Both the position numbers and the translations under genes were made by a program. A DNA stretch of 63,262 bases, counting the filler, from Dirinaria sp. TL-2023a (taxonomy: Eukaryota), in NCBI GenBank assembly GCA_051941275.1. It is 4 parts of 4 records of this genome, joined end to end, with 100 filler letters (N's around TTAATTAATTAA, not from the genome) between each part and the next. Parts side by side here need not be neighbours in the genome. Positions count along the whole stretch, not along the records: positions 47,553 to 63,262 come from JAVEBF010000532.1; 3 more parts are not named here. One strand, 5' to 3'. Every line of letters starts with the position of its first letter. Positions within the stretch are counted from its first letter, which is position 1. A model generated the notes under the pieces. It saw nothing but the letters and a program-made list of their open reading frames with translations, did no database searches and was not told the origin of the DNA. Below are positions 47,553 to 58,101 of this stretch, one piece after another.

Positions 47553-49209
47553 GAGGGAAGGTGGAGACGCACTCAAGGTCAGAGCCGGTCAAGCTCGGTA
47601 AGCAAAGGATCGGCACCATCAGCAGCACGAACGCACAAGCTGCTGAACCGATGGGCGTGCTGAACTTGCCCAGATGCCACGGTCCGGCTCGGAAACGGTT
47701 CCCGACGAAGAAGACGCGGATGAAGATCGGGATCGTGAATGCGACAAAGGCCGCAATGGCGGCGATGGAGAAGAGCGCTCCTGCAGCGAGAGAGCCACCA
47801 AATATGAGCAAGGTCAGGAGGATGCCGATGACCGTGTTGAACCAGACGGCGTTGACGGGGGTTCGGGTGTGTCTGTTGACCCGCTTGATCCAGAAAGAGC
47901 AAGGGAAGCAATCGTCACGCGCGTAGGCATACGTTACTCGTGATGCTGCGACCTAATCTGGACGTTAGCCCAGCCGCGGAAAAGATACGTAGGCCACATG
48001 TTTACCATGCATCCTTGTCCCATCGAGAAGGCAGCGATGACAGTCAGTGAGAGCACTGCTAGAGCAGTCTTCTCCGGTAGTACCTGCAACAAGTACGATA
48101 CCCAAGGTTGGCCCAAGTCCGAATCTAGTACGGCGTCGATGTCAATGACAGTGTAAGCAACCACCAGCTGCAAGAACCATCCGAAAGTACCACCAATGGT
48201 ACTTGTAAGCACGATGGCTCGTGGTGAGGCGATGTTTGCGTTGCTGCATTCTTCGCTGAGATGGAAGGGCGAGTCGTAACCACTCAGGGTCCAGATGACG
48301 GCAACGAAAGTCATAAGAAGTGAAAGCCCATTGGGAAAGTCGGTGCCCGCGTAGAAATTACTCCACACGACACTGGCCGGCGTAAACTTGGGTAACCCTT
48401 GGCTTTCCCTGTTGGTGCTCGCCGGAATGATAATCAGGGTAATGATCAAAGCAATCATATTGAAAGTGGATCCCACCGAATTGAAATTCGCGATCCACTT
48501 TGTCGGCATACTACTAATGCAGCCGTGGATGAGCATGAGCAAGGTCGTAAGGAGGAAAATTTGATAGTTCTGAGGGGTATACCCGGGCTTGTGGATCGAA
48601 ACAGCAGCCAGGATCATGGCAGACGTGGCATAGTCCACTGAAGGTGTGCCGGTTGCTTGGGACATCCAGTTCGACCACCCAGTTAACCATGCTGCAAAAG
48701 GGCCCCAACCACTGTACCGATCAGTCTTTGCCTCCTCATTCAGCGAATTATGTGACGTACGGAGGAGCAAGGACAGCGGAAGCGTAGTACAGCCCTCCGC
48801 TAGTAGGCATAGATGAGCACAGCTCGGCCATACTCATAGCCACGCATTGTATGAAGAACATAGCTATCAGCCAGCCCCAGACCATTCCGGGGGTACCTGC
48901 ATAGCCCATGCCCTGGAGGGACGTCAAAGCCCATTCTCCATCGAAGCTTCAGCTGCAACTCACATAGTAGACGGTACTGGCAAAGCTGGGTAGCAGGCCC
49001 AACACGGCGAAACTGACACAGAAGGTCGTCCACAGACTGAATTCTCGCTTGAATTCGGGTTTGTAGCCGAGGGCGGCCAGCACCTCTTCGTCGGCGTCTA
49101 AGACGCGGTCATACACGGGAACCTCGTCGCCGCGCAGGACCGAAGTGACAGGTTCCTGCGCAACGGACTTCTTGCGCGAGGCTGTACTTTGCTTTCGTTC
49201 CTCGGCCAT
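47553..49209 (-). CDS. APC-superfamily amino acid/GABA/polyamine permease (3' truncated by contig end)
   Basis: LGYKPEFKREFSLWTTFCVSF, MAELCSSMPTSGGLYY, GYDSPFHLSEECSNA, VAASRVTYAYARD, TPVNAVW, FRAGPWHLG; several introns. Confidence 0.93.
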
Positions 49210-50273
49210 TTCGATGACGATTGGGACACTGGATCTCTTGAAGCGTGCGAGTAGAGCTTATCTGCAGTCATTTATGAAGGGGAGCAGCAGCTGTCATGAT
49301 GTCGAGGTGACGAAGCCTGATGGAGCCATGGCACATAGGCAGAGATGTGCTTCACATTTTGGGCAGGTGTAGGCGGGATCCAGGCTATATCTTCAGCAGA
49401 TGAAATGCCGGATTGTAGATAGATACCCTACTCTTTTTTCAAAGTAGACAGGAGATAAGATGCACAAGTGGCCAGCGAATGGGGTTTCTAGTTCTTACCT
49501 ACACGGGTCGATGGCCAAAGGAAACCAGGATGCTGATCCGAGGTAAGAGCGAGGCGGAGGTTACATTGATTCCGATCCCATATCGAAACCGCGGTGGTCC
49601 CCGACGGCGGGGCAGCGGCCCATGGCAAGTCTCCCGAGGATTTATCTCGGACCCCTCCATCGGCTCCTCGCTCCTCAGCTCGCTTCAAATGGATGCTGAT
49701 GTTATTGGTCGTTGGTCGTAGGAGCAGAAGGGAAAGTGCAGTAGCAACATGAGGCACATACATTAGTGCTGGCAGTTTAGCAAAACTACTAGGTAGTCAG
49801 GGTACATTAAGGTAAGAATGACGTGAGACCCTGTCAGAACTCACTCAGGAGCGCTGATCGAAACCCATTGGATTAGATAGACGAGCTTGGCATACCTAAT
49901 GTACAGTATCTTACCAACAGGTACGGAGTATTGCAAAGTCAATACCTACCTTAGGCTTGATGGCCTGTTCAAAATAAGTATGGAAAGAGTTGGAAGTGTT
50001 GGTCACCTCCCCACACTATTTAAACCATAGTTATCACCCGCTTTCTTACATGACGGGCGCTTCATTTCCCATCATTGATGGTTTGTAAACATCTAGAATC
50101 TTGGGGCTCAATAGATGTATTCTGCAAGCGAATTCTGAGAGGGCGAGCCCCGACTGTATCCCAGTCAACTTCAACCTCCACATTTGAGGTTATGCAATCA
50201 GAAATGAGGACGGTTTCGCGACAGAAGTGTGATGACAATGCGCCCATTCCTACACCAGATTCGTGTCTAGATA

Positions 50274-51403
50274 TTATGATCTCCTATTGACAGAACTCCG
50301 TAGCGCTTGGATCACATCCGCTGGACTCTCCGCACCAAAGACGGCCGAACCGGCGACAATCACGTTGGCACCAGCGTCGGCTGCTTGATCCACCGTTTTC
50401 TCACTCAGGCCACCATCGACCTCAATGTGTAGCTCGGGATACTTCTCCCTAAGTGCTTTCACCTTGGGCAGCTCCGAGGCCATGAACTTCTGTCCGCCAA
50501 AGCCTGGGTGGACTGTCATGACCAACACCATCTGCTCGTCCCGTTAGCTTATCAGGCCCTCTATACGTCTGGCTACAGGATGCGAAAGCATACATCTGGC
50601 TTTTCATCCGTATTGGAATTAGCGAGTATATCCCATAAGACGTCGACAGCGGTATCGGGCTTGATGGCTATGCCAGCTAGCATGCCTGTCGAGTGTATGT
50701 ACCGTATCATTTCTCTGGGACTAGTCTGTGCTGATGATTCGCCAGCCGGATCCTCAGCGGCTGTCGATGTGAGGGCGGCTTCGTAGTGAAAAGTATACAA
50801 ATCGCATCCCGCTTTTTGAAATTCTCTCACCCATCGCTTTGGCTATGTGACGATCAAAGTTGTTAGCATCTTGCAGATCCCGATCCATAATATACTACCA
50901 TCGAGCAGATGAGGAATCTCAGCATCCAAGAGAGACAACACCTCAGCGATCATCATGTGGCAGTCGAAGGTGCCTTTCCCATACGCAGCCGAGGGCCGGG
51001 CGACGTAAGGACGAATCTTGGAGACAACAGGAGCGCCAAAAGTCATATTGGGCACGAAATGGCCGTCCATGATATCCACATGGAGCCTGGAATGCGATGG
51101 CCCGTTAGTCCAAGTCCTTATCCTAGGCTTTGGCGGCTACGGGGGATGAGAGATGGAAGCACCGAGACCGTGGCGCTAGTGCAGCTGTGATATAGGAAAG
51201 AGAACTCTCGACTCGCATGAGCATGGGGTAGGACATTCATGCTGATATCTTCGCAACGAGAGGAGGGAGAGAGCGCCAAATGATGAAAGGAAATGAGAGC
51301 GGTACCAGTCAGCGCCATGGCTGATCGTGTCTTTGCAGGCGGCGCCTAAGGAAGCAAAATCGGCGGAGAGGATGGAAGGGGCAATAATGGCTTTGGGAGC
51401 CAT
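50274..51403 (-). CDS. RPE1: Ribulose-phosphate 3-epimerase
   Basis: [66 protein letters not shown]; three introns. Confidence 0.96.
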
Positions 51404-52421
51404 TGTTGCTGACGTCTGCGATAGAGGTATGGTTACAAAGCTTACTCTTCTAGGTGCTGATCTTTTACGACGAAGGCGTTGAGAAGGAGAAGAGTTAAGG
51501 TACGGTAGGTGAGTGCAGATTTCAAGTATCAAGCTCACTGGGTCGTCATGGCGAGCGAAGTACGGAGTAGACCTCAGGGTCCAGAGCGCTCGAGGGCCTC
51601 GGTAGTTCGTTTGATTCCCGAGGATCTGCCGCGATTGAGGTTAGCGAACCTTCACCTAGCGTATTTCCTCATCGCAACATGCTTTTGTTCAACTCTCTCT
51701 TCGCACTACTCCCTCAGATGTGAATATTTCAATTACAAATTTCTTGGGACCTTCCGCCATCATCACCAAGCCCAGCATATCCGGGATGATGGATGATGGA
51801 AGAGAGCCAGCGATCGTGCTAAGGCTATCGAGACGCCGAAGATAGAACAGCGACCGGGATGCGGGCGCGTAAACGCTCATGCAGAGCACCTCAATCCCAA
51901 TCAGCCCAATGGCTTGCAGAATCTCTCTTTCAAAAACGTCGAGGCGATCCCGTCCAATGGGCTCATCCCCCAACCATCCCTCGCGCCCGTCCCCTTGCCT
52001 TCTTTCATTGGCCCCCTCGTCTCCAACGATTCTTGTGGATTCTGGTGGAGGGCATCTCTCCAACCGTTTCTGCAGCCTGCTTTTTTCTTAGCACCTTGCA
52101 AGTTCTTTGCTTGCAACCGCCCAATATGCAGCAAACCTTAAGCTGTCGCTCGTCGAGCTGAGGAATATATGACCGTCGCATGGCCCGCGGTCCATGCTTC
52201 TATTGTCGATCTTCTCGTGTTGCGTGTGTTTCTGTGTATAGATTTAGTCAGTTGCCTTCTTTTCGAGCCATGTGCCTTTTTTCATTCTTAGAGATTGTTT
52301 GTTGACCAAACATTAAATTCGTTTCTTTCCGTCCGTTGATCGGATACTGTGCCTCATGTGCACTGCCCATTCATTTTTCGATCTTGTTTTGGCATAACAG
52401 GAAACAACACGCGATCTCAGC

Positions 52422-55286
52422 ATGGATTCGTATCGTCTACCCGCAACGACATACGAGGCACCAGCCCGGCAGGTCCGGAAACATATACTTAATACCATAA
52501 TAGAAGACGAACACAGTGAGCATGAACAGGCGAAACTCGGATCAGGCTGCGACCAGAGCTCCCAGCGAGGTCGAAAACGAATATCAAGCTCGACTCGATC
52601 AATTGAATCTTCATCGCCAGTCCCTTCATTGACCTCGTCAGCCTCCTCATGCTACAAGACACGCCGAGCATCTTGCGATTTCGATGATCTCTATGACATT
52701 TCAGATGACGATTCAGACCAAGATCACGACATTACGCCGGGAATGTTTCCTTCGGTCGGCATTGTACGTTCCGTATCACCCACGAGCTCTACCCACTCAA
52801 TGGTAGATCCCAAGAAGATTCCGTCATTGATCATCCCCTCTCCGGATCACTGGCCTACTGTGCAGAGACTCAAGGACTGCTCACCACCGTTACCTCCAAA
52901 GGTACCACTATCACCTGCTGTTTTGTCGTTGTTGCCTCGTGATCGCCCAGCTCCAATCTGTCCGCCCTCACTTGACAGTGGCTCGATCTCTGAGCCACTT
53001 GCGTCTTCTACGAATCCGTCCACGCCAGACACACAAGTAAATCCCAAGGGTGAAGACGTATGGGGTCAAATGAGTCAGAAAAAGCCTGCATACAATGCTC
53101 CGAAAGTTGTCCACCTTGAGAGGTCTACGGCTGCAGACGCTAGGCTTGATGATGATTTGGCAGCTCGGTGGTATACTGATGACAATATTGTCTGTGCTGA
53201 CGATACCATCATGCGCAGTTTGGGCTTCGGGAACATGCCTGACAGTCCTGTACTTGGCTCTGATAGTGGATGTTCCGACTCTGGCGTACAGCTCCCTCCT
53301 CAAGCACTTGCAACACTACAGCACCTCTCACTTGAGATACCCATCAATACTAGCACTGTGGAAGTAGAGGAAGGAAAGCCAGCGTGTGAGATGCAGGAGG
53401 TAGTGGTGCCATCATCTCGGTCTAACAGTGTAGACTTCACGCCGGTATCGCACACTTCCGAATGCAGCATTTCAAATTTGAGTATTCCATCGCCGGGAGG
53501 CTTTTTCTCTTCTCTGGACACGAACGCGCGGCATGCTTGGTGCTTTAACGGAGCTGCTGCGACAGCCCCTTGTGTCGTACCTCCTTCATCCACTACGGCA
53601 GAAAACTTCTACAATTGCCCCTGGAATCGTGACCCTTGTGCTACGGTCGAGAGAGTTGTCGAATGTGACGATAATGATACTGAAGGACCACCAACCGCTC
53701 GTCAATTACCTATCAAAACAGTAGTGGAGGAGCAGAATCAATCTTATTTTGAAGGGAGCCCTCACTTGGAGGGAGTGCTTGAGATTGGGAAGGACTACGA
53801 TGAAGACTACGAGAATGCCATACGGATGGGTGCCGAGAGCAGCCTCGACCGGACCAGCTTGTGGCTCGCCGACCAAACATCATACATGGCAGCTTTGCGG
53901 GAAACGAATCCAATTAACGATATTGGTACGCCATCGAAGAGGCCTAGCATTCACGGTCGCCACGATACGCTAGGCTCGCCACTGAAGAAAGCTGTCCGTT
54001 TCATGGAAACTGAGGTTGCTCCGTGCAAATCGTCAAGAACGACCCAGATGAAGTCGGACTCGACTTTCTATCACGCATTCCAGCATATTATGAGGGCTCA
54101 GACTCGTCAAGATGCTTTCAGGCACAGGAGAACCAGATCAGACTCGCTCCAAGCTGAGCGCATCACTATGCCTGACGCACATATCGAGCGGCTCAACGGC
54201 GATTACCACATTACGGTCGCTAATCGTCCGAACCCCCTTAGGCCTATATCGATGTTCCCAGGTAAGGACCAAGATGCCGACGAGCAGACGGTGGAGCAAA
54301 AAGTCATTGCTCAGGTGGAAAAGGAGCGACAGGCGCTCGAGCAGGCCAATGCCACGATGTGGGTGGTTGAAGCCTACAAATACTTGAATGGTGGCAGCCT
54401 ACTCCACAGTCCCGCCACCAGTAAGTTGAAGTGTTCAGCGATCCACGTAAGGGACAAAGTTTCACCTCCAGATGTCGTGCGTGTCCTCGATCTTGGTGGG
54501 CAACCGAACTGTGACTGGGCTTGGCACTGCGCGCGAGAATACACCAACGTTAAAGTGTACACCGCCACCACCGAGCACGAGGCAGTACATCTCCCTATCC
54601 GCGGACCGTCGAACCACCGACGTGCCGCTGTTGGCAAGCTGTGGGAGCTGCCGTATCCTGACAACTACTTCGAAGCTGTGTCTGCCCGCTCTCTATTCTC
54701 GTTCCTCAAGACGGAAAAGCCGCTCGACGAAGTGATGGACGAATACGATCTGTGCCTGCGCGAATGTTTACGCTGTCTCAAACCCGGCGGATACCTGGAG
54801 TTCATGCTTCTTGACTCTGAGATCGTCAATGCCGGTGCGCGCGGAACGGCGGTTTCGGTGGAGTTTGGCTTCAGCCTCAAAACGCGCGGCTACGACCCGA
54901 GCCCGACCAAGTCATGGCTTGGACGGGTGCGCCGGGCAGGCTTAGACGACATCAAGCGTGCATGGACCTTCCTCCCCATGGGCACTCCACAGACGGAGGC
55001 CAACATCCCACCCGAGACGCCGCCGCCGGATGTCTCGACGTGCACGGGGGCGAAGATGGAGGTGGAGGCGGTGCAAGGACCGGTGGGCAGCACGGCGGAT
55101 GCGGCGAGCATGAGCGGATTGGTGGGCAGCTGGGCATGGGAGCAATGGATGCTGCGGTTGCAGACGGAGATGGGGAAGGAGAATGCGTTGGACGGGGTGG
55201 GCGATGTGTTGGAGGAAGGGAAAGCGACTGGGGCTGGGTGGAGGTGTTTGAGTGGGTGGGCGAGGAAGCCTTTGAGTGCTTTTTGA
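52422..55286 (+). CDS. Large Ser/Pro-rich protein with C-terminal class I SAM-methyltransferase-like domain
   Basis: 954-aa ORF; RVLDLGG (motif I-like), LPYPDNYFEAVSAR, ECLRCLKPGGYLEF. Confidence 0.85.
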   Translation: MDSYRLPATTYEAPARQVRKHILNTIIEDEHSEHEQAKLGSGCDQSSQRGRKRISSSTRSIESSSPVPSLTSSASSCYKTRRASCDFDDLYDISDDDSDQDHDITPGMFPSVGIVRSVSPTSSTHSMVDPKKIPSLIIPSPDHWPTVQRLKDCSPPLPPKVPLSPAVLSLLPRDRPAPICPPSLDSGSISEPLASSTNPSTPDTQVNPKGEDVWGQMSQKKPAYNAPKVVHLERSTAADARLDDDLAARWYTDDNIVCADDTIMRSLGFGNMPDSPVLGSDSGCSDSGVQLPPQALATLQHLSLEIPINTSTVEVEEGKPACEMQEVVVPSSRSNSVDFTPVSHTSECSISNLSIPSPGGFFSSLDTNARHAWCFNGAAATAPCVVPPSSTTAENFYNCPWNRDPCATVERVVECDDNDTEGPPTARQLPIKTVVEEQNQSYFEGSPHLEGVLEIGKDYDEDYENAIRMGAESSLDRTSLWLADQTSYMAALRETNPINDIGTPSKRPSIHGRHDTLGSPLKKAVRFMETEVAPCKSSRTTQMKSDSTFYHAFQHIMRAQTRQDAFRHRRTRSDSLQAERITMPDAHIERLNGDYHITVANRPNPLRPISMFPGKDQDADEQTVEQKVIAQVEKERQALEQANATMWVVEAYKYLNGGSLLHSPATSKLKCSAIHVRDKVSPPDVVRVLDLGGQPNCDWAWHCAREYTNVKVYTATTEHEAVHLPIRGPSNHRRAAVGKLWELPYPDNYFEAVSARSLFSFLKTEKPLDEVMDEYDLCLRECLRCLKPGGYLEFMLLDSEIVNAGARGTAVSVEFGFSLKTRGYDPSPTKSWLGRVRRAGLDDIKRAWTFLPMGTPQTEANIPPETPPPDVSTCTGAKMEVEAVQGPVGSTADAASMSGLVGSWAWEQWMLRLQTEMGKENALDGVGDVLEEGKATGAGWRCLSGWARKPLSAF

Positions 55287-56082
55287 AAGAATGAGCGTCA
55301 CATTCTTCTTGGGCCACCTTAATTTCCAGCACACGTTCATGCATACTACTCTACAGTACTGTACAGTATGTACATGCCCAAACTCTATTCTCGGATCAAT
55401 TGAGTGAATGACCGCATCTCCTGCTGATTTGAAAGGGACTCTCATCGAATCACTACTTTGCTGTCCCCACTCAGGTACGGAGTACTTCTTTCATTATTTT
55501 CGATGTCAGGGATCGGGTCAGCAATGACATCCTCCCACCCTGGTCGTTCCAGGGTTTCATCTCCTGAAAATACGGTCCTTGTACCTTACCTACCTTCAGT
55601 TCTCACATTCCTTTGGCTGCACCATTCGGGAGTGGCTGGACGCTAGATGTACCCAACGGTCGAACCTCGGCACTAGCTCGGTGCGTCGTGCCGATCATCA
55701 TTATCATTCTCTCCCAGGCAGAGCCCGAGCATCCCACAACTATTGCTTGTTTTGGATTCCACACACGGACACTGCAGCAATTAAAACATTCCCCTTACTT
55801 GTGCGCGCGACACTCTTTTCTTCTAGCAGGAATGGAAGCAGAGATAATTATGGACTCCCCCCAGGCTGCCTTCTTTTCCAACTCGGTGTTTTTACTGCGA
55901 ACTCGTCACTGCATCTCATCTCTCTCGCTCTTGGATAGACCGATCATCGTCACTCATTCGTGTCCCTCGTTACTGTCTCTACTGCACGGCTTGACGTGAA
56001 AGAAATAATTAGCACCATTCCCATACTTTCCCTTCTACGCTTCAAATTACAGACCCTCGCCCTCCACACGAGAATCACAAAA

Positions 56083-56670
56083 ATGGCACGCGCTTGGTTC
56101 TTCCTGCTCGCTTTCACGGCTACAGTTCTAGCCCAGGGGAGTGCCATCTCCCAGATCAGCGATGGCCAACTCCAAGGCCCCACAGCAGTCTCCGCCCCTG
56201 CAACCCCACAAACAATCGCCCCCGCTGCGCCTCCGGAAGAAAGCTCTGCAACAGTGGCGCCCATTGCCGTCTCCGCTCCAACCCAAGCAACTCTCAACGC
56301 GACTGTGACTGCGCCGAAAGCGGCACCCGAAAGTCCTCTTCCGACGTCGATTCTCCAAGCAGCGCCCGTAGGCGCTCCGGGTGCCGCAAGCAACTACACC
56401 GGTTTGACGACATTGTCGCCTGTTGCGGTTCCGAAGGCGCCCGCACCTGTGCCAGGCAATGGAACGTATCTGAACGCGACAAGTGCTGTGCCGAGCAGCC
56501 TGCCCTCTGCAGCGGCCACGGCAGCGCCAACGGAAGCTAGTGCTACAGAGGCGCCGAGCCCAACAAGTACCAGTGCGGTCGAGGCTGCTAAGGGTGCTGC
56601 ATCGAGACACGAGCTAGGAGCGATGATGGTGGTATTCGGGATTGGCTCGCTGCTGATGGTAGTGCTGTGA
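56083..56670 (+). CDS. GPI-anchored Ala/Pro/Ser/Thr-rich cell-wall protein with one PIR-type motif
   Basis: Signal peptide MARAWFFLLAFTATVLAQ; ISQISDGQLQ; C-terminal KGAAS followed by a hydrophobic tail. Confidence 0.88.
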   Translation: MARAWFFLLAFTATVLAQGSAISQISDGQLQGPTAVSAPATPQTIAPAAPPEESSATVAPIAVSAPTQATLNATVTAPKAAPESPLPTSILQAAPVGAPGAASNYTGLTTLSPVAVPKAPAPVPGNGTYLNATSAVPSSLPSAAATAAPTEASATEAPSPTSTSAVEAAKGAASRHELGAMMVVFGIGSLLMVVL

Positions 56671-57435
56671 TCTGCTGCGGGGGATATAATAATAAGGTAT
56701 TTTGGGGCATTAAAGATTCACGTTTGCAAATCTAAAGATTAATGGTTTGGTCTAGCTTCATAGATTTAGATGGTGTGAGGGCTGACGTCGTCGCCAGATG
56801 CGTCTCAGTCCCTGGTCAATAGATTGAGCCCATTTCTCATCGCTCTTCGAACCTCCTTTTCCCCGCCCTCCGTTCCCTTCTAATTTTCTTCTGCATTCGT
56901 CCCTCCATAAAGGTTTACCACCCATCTTTGTAACAGCAATAATGAAGCTGCCATTATCCCCGATATATCATCACCGTTTCCCAATCTTCGAATTCTTCTG
57001 CTGCCATTATGTACGTTCTACCGGTCGCACTTTGATCCTGACAGAATCCTAGGAGTTTAGGGGAAATGCTCTGCGATCCTCGCCACCGAGTATCTTCATT
57101 TTAAGGGTAATAATTATCTCCAACTCCGCAAAGTATTCCCGTCGCCTCGCCTGCGAGGCTCAAATCACAGTCTGTATCATCAGTCTCCTTGCTTCGACAT
57201 TTATGGATCCTTTTTCCGGCCAGGACGTCGATTTGCTTTTTTCCCATATGTTAGGAGTGGTAGTAGCACCTGTTACATGGATATTTCAAATTGTTCTAGC
57301 TCTGCTCCGATATAACCCTCTAAATGTTCAATTTCAGCAATAATATATGTTGGAAGAACCGCTGTAACATACTTACCTAAAAAAGCGGATTGAATCTTAT
57401 GATGCGCCAAAAGGGAAAATGGGCCTGGAATTCAT

Positions 57436-58101
57436 TTGTCCTTGCTAGGAAGGCCTTTTGTCTTTTCGGTGCGAGCATTAGTGTACCGTGGCACTTTAAC
57501 AGCAAGCAAGCAAGCCAAATCATCACGCACGGTTGCAGAGCCTACGCAATTTGATCAGCTGTATGACTATGTCCATCTATTAGGAACTCTTCCTTTTCTC
57601 TCCTCCTCCCCTAAAATTCCCCTAAGCACACACCTTCTAGCCAGTTAGACTAATGATCTTACCTCTAGCCTACTTACAAGCCTTTTCTCCCTATCGGTTA
57701 GTCCCAAAAAGAATTTGTTCTAAGGGATGCTGATTTAAGGAGGAATGAGCTTAGACGAAGCTATTAGGTAGAGCCGCCCTCAGCCAGACGACGAAGCTGG
57801 CTTTGAAGAATTACGGAAGATTGAGATCGAGTGCCCTTCGAAATGCGAACCTATGCCGAAAGAAGATTTCAGCATCTTTCTAGGCATGGCTCAATAAGGT
57901 AAAGCATCTATCTCTGCTACAGAGGGTTTATCCTTTGAGCCTCCTTTTTAAGGTGAATGCTCCGAACAAGCTCAAGCTCGCGCAGGACTCAACTGGGCTT
58001 CTGAGAGCTTCCATATATCTTTGCAAAATGTAGCTCTTCAACCCATCGCAAGCAAGCCATCTGTGCCGCGTGCGCAGCAAGAGAAACTATCAAAACCCTG
58101 A
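57436..58101 (+). pseudogene. Decayed reading frame with TAA/TAG interruptions
   Basis: One frame of ~222 codons with six internal stops, all TAA/TAG; no recognisable domain. Confidence 0.35.

Noticed and set aside
51088..51303. Long first intron of RPE1 as a snoRNA host or stwintron
   Set aside because: No clear C/D boxes, H/ACA layout or nested splice sites were found by eye; an Infernal/Rfam scan would be needed.
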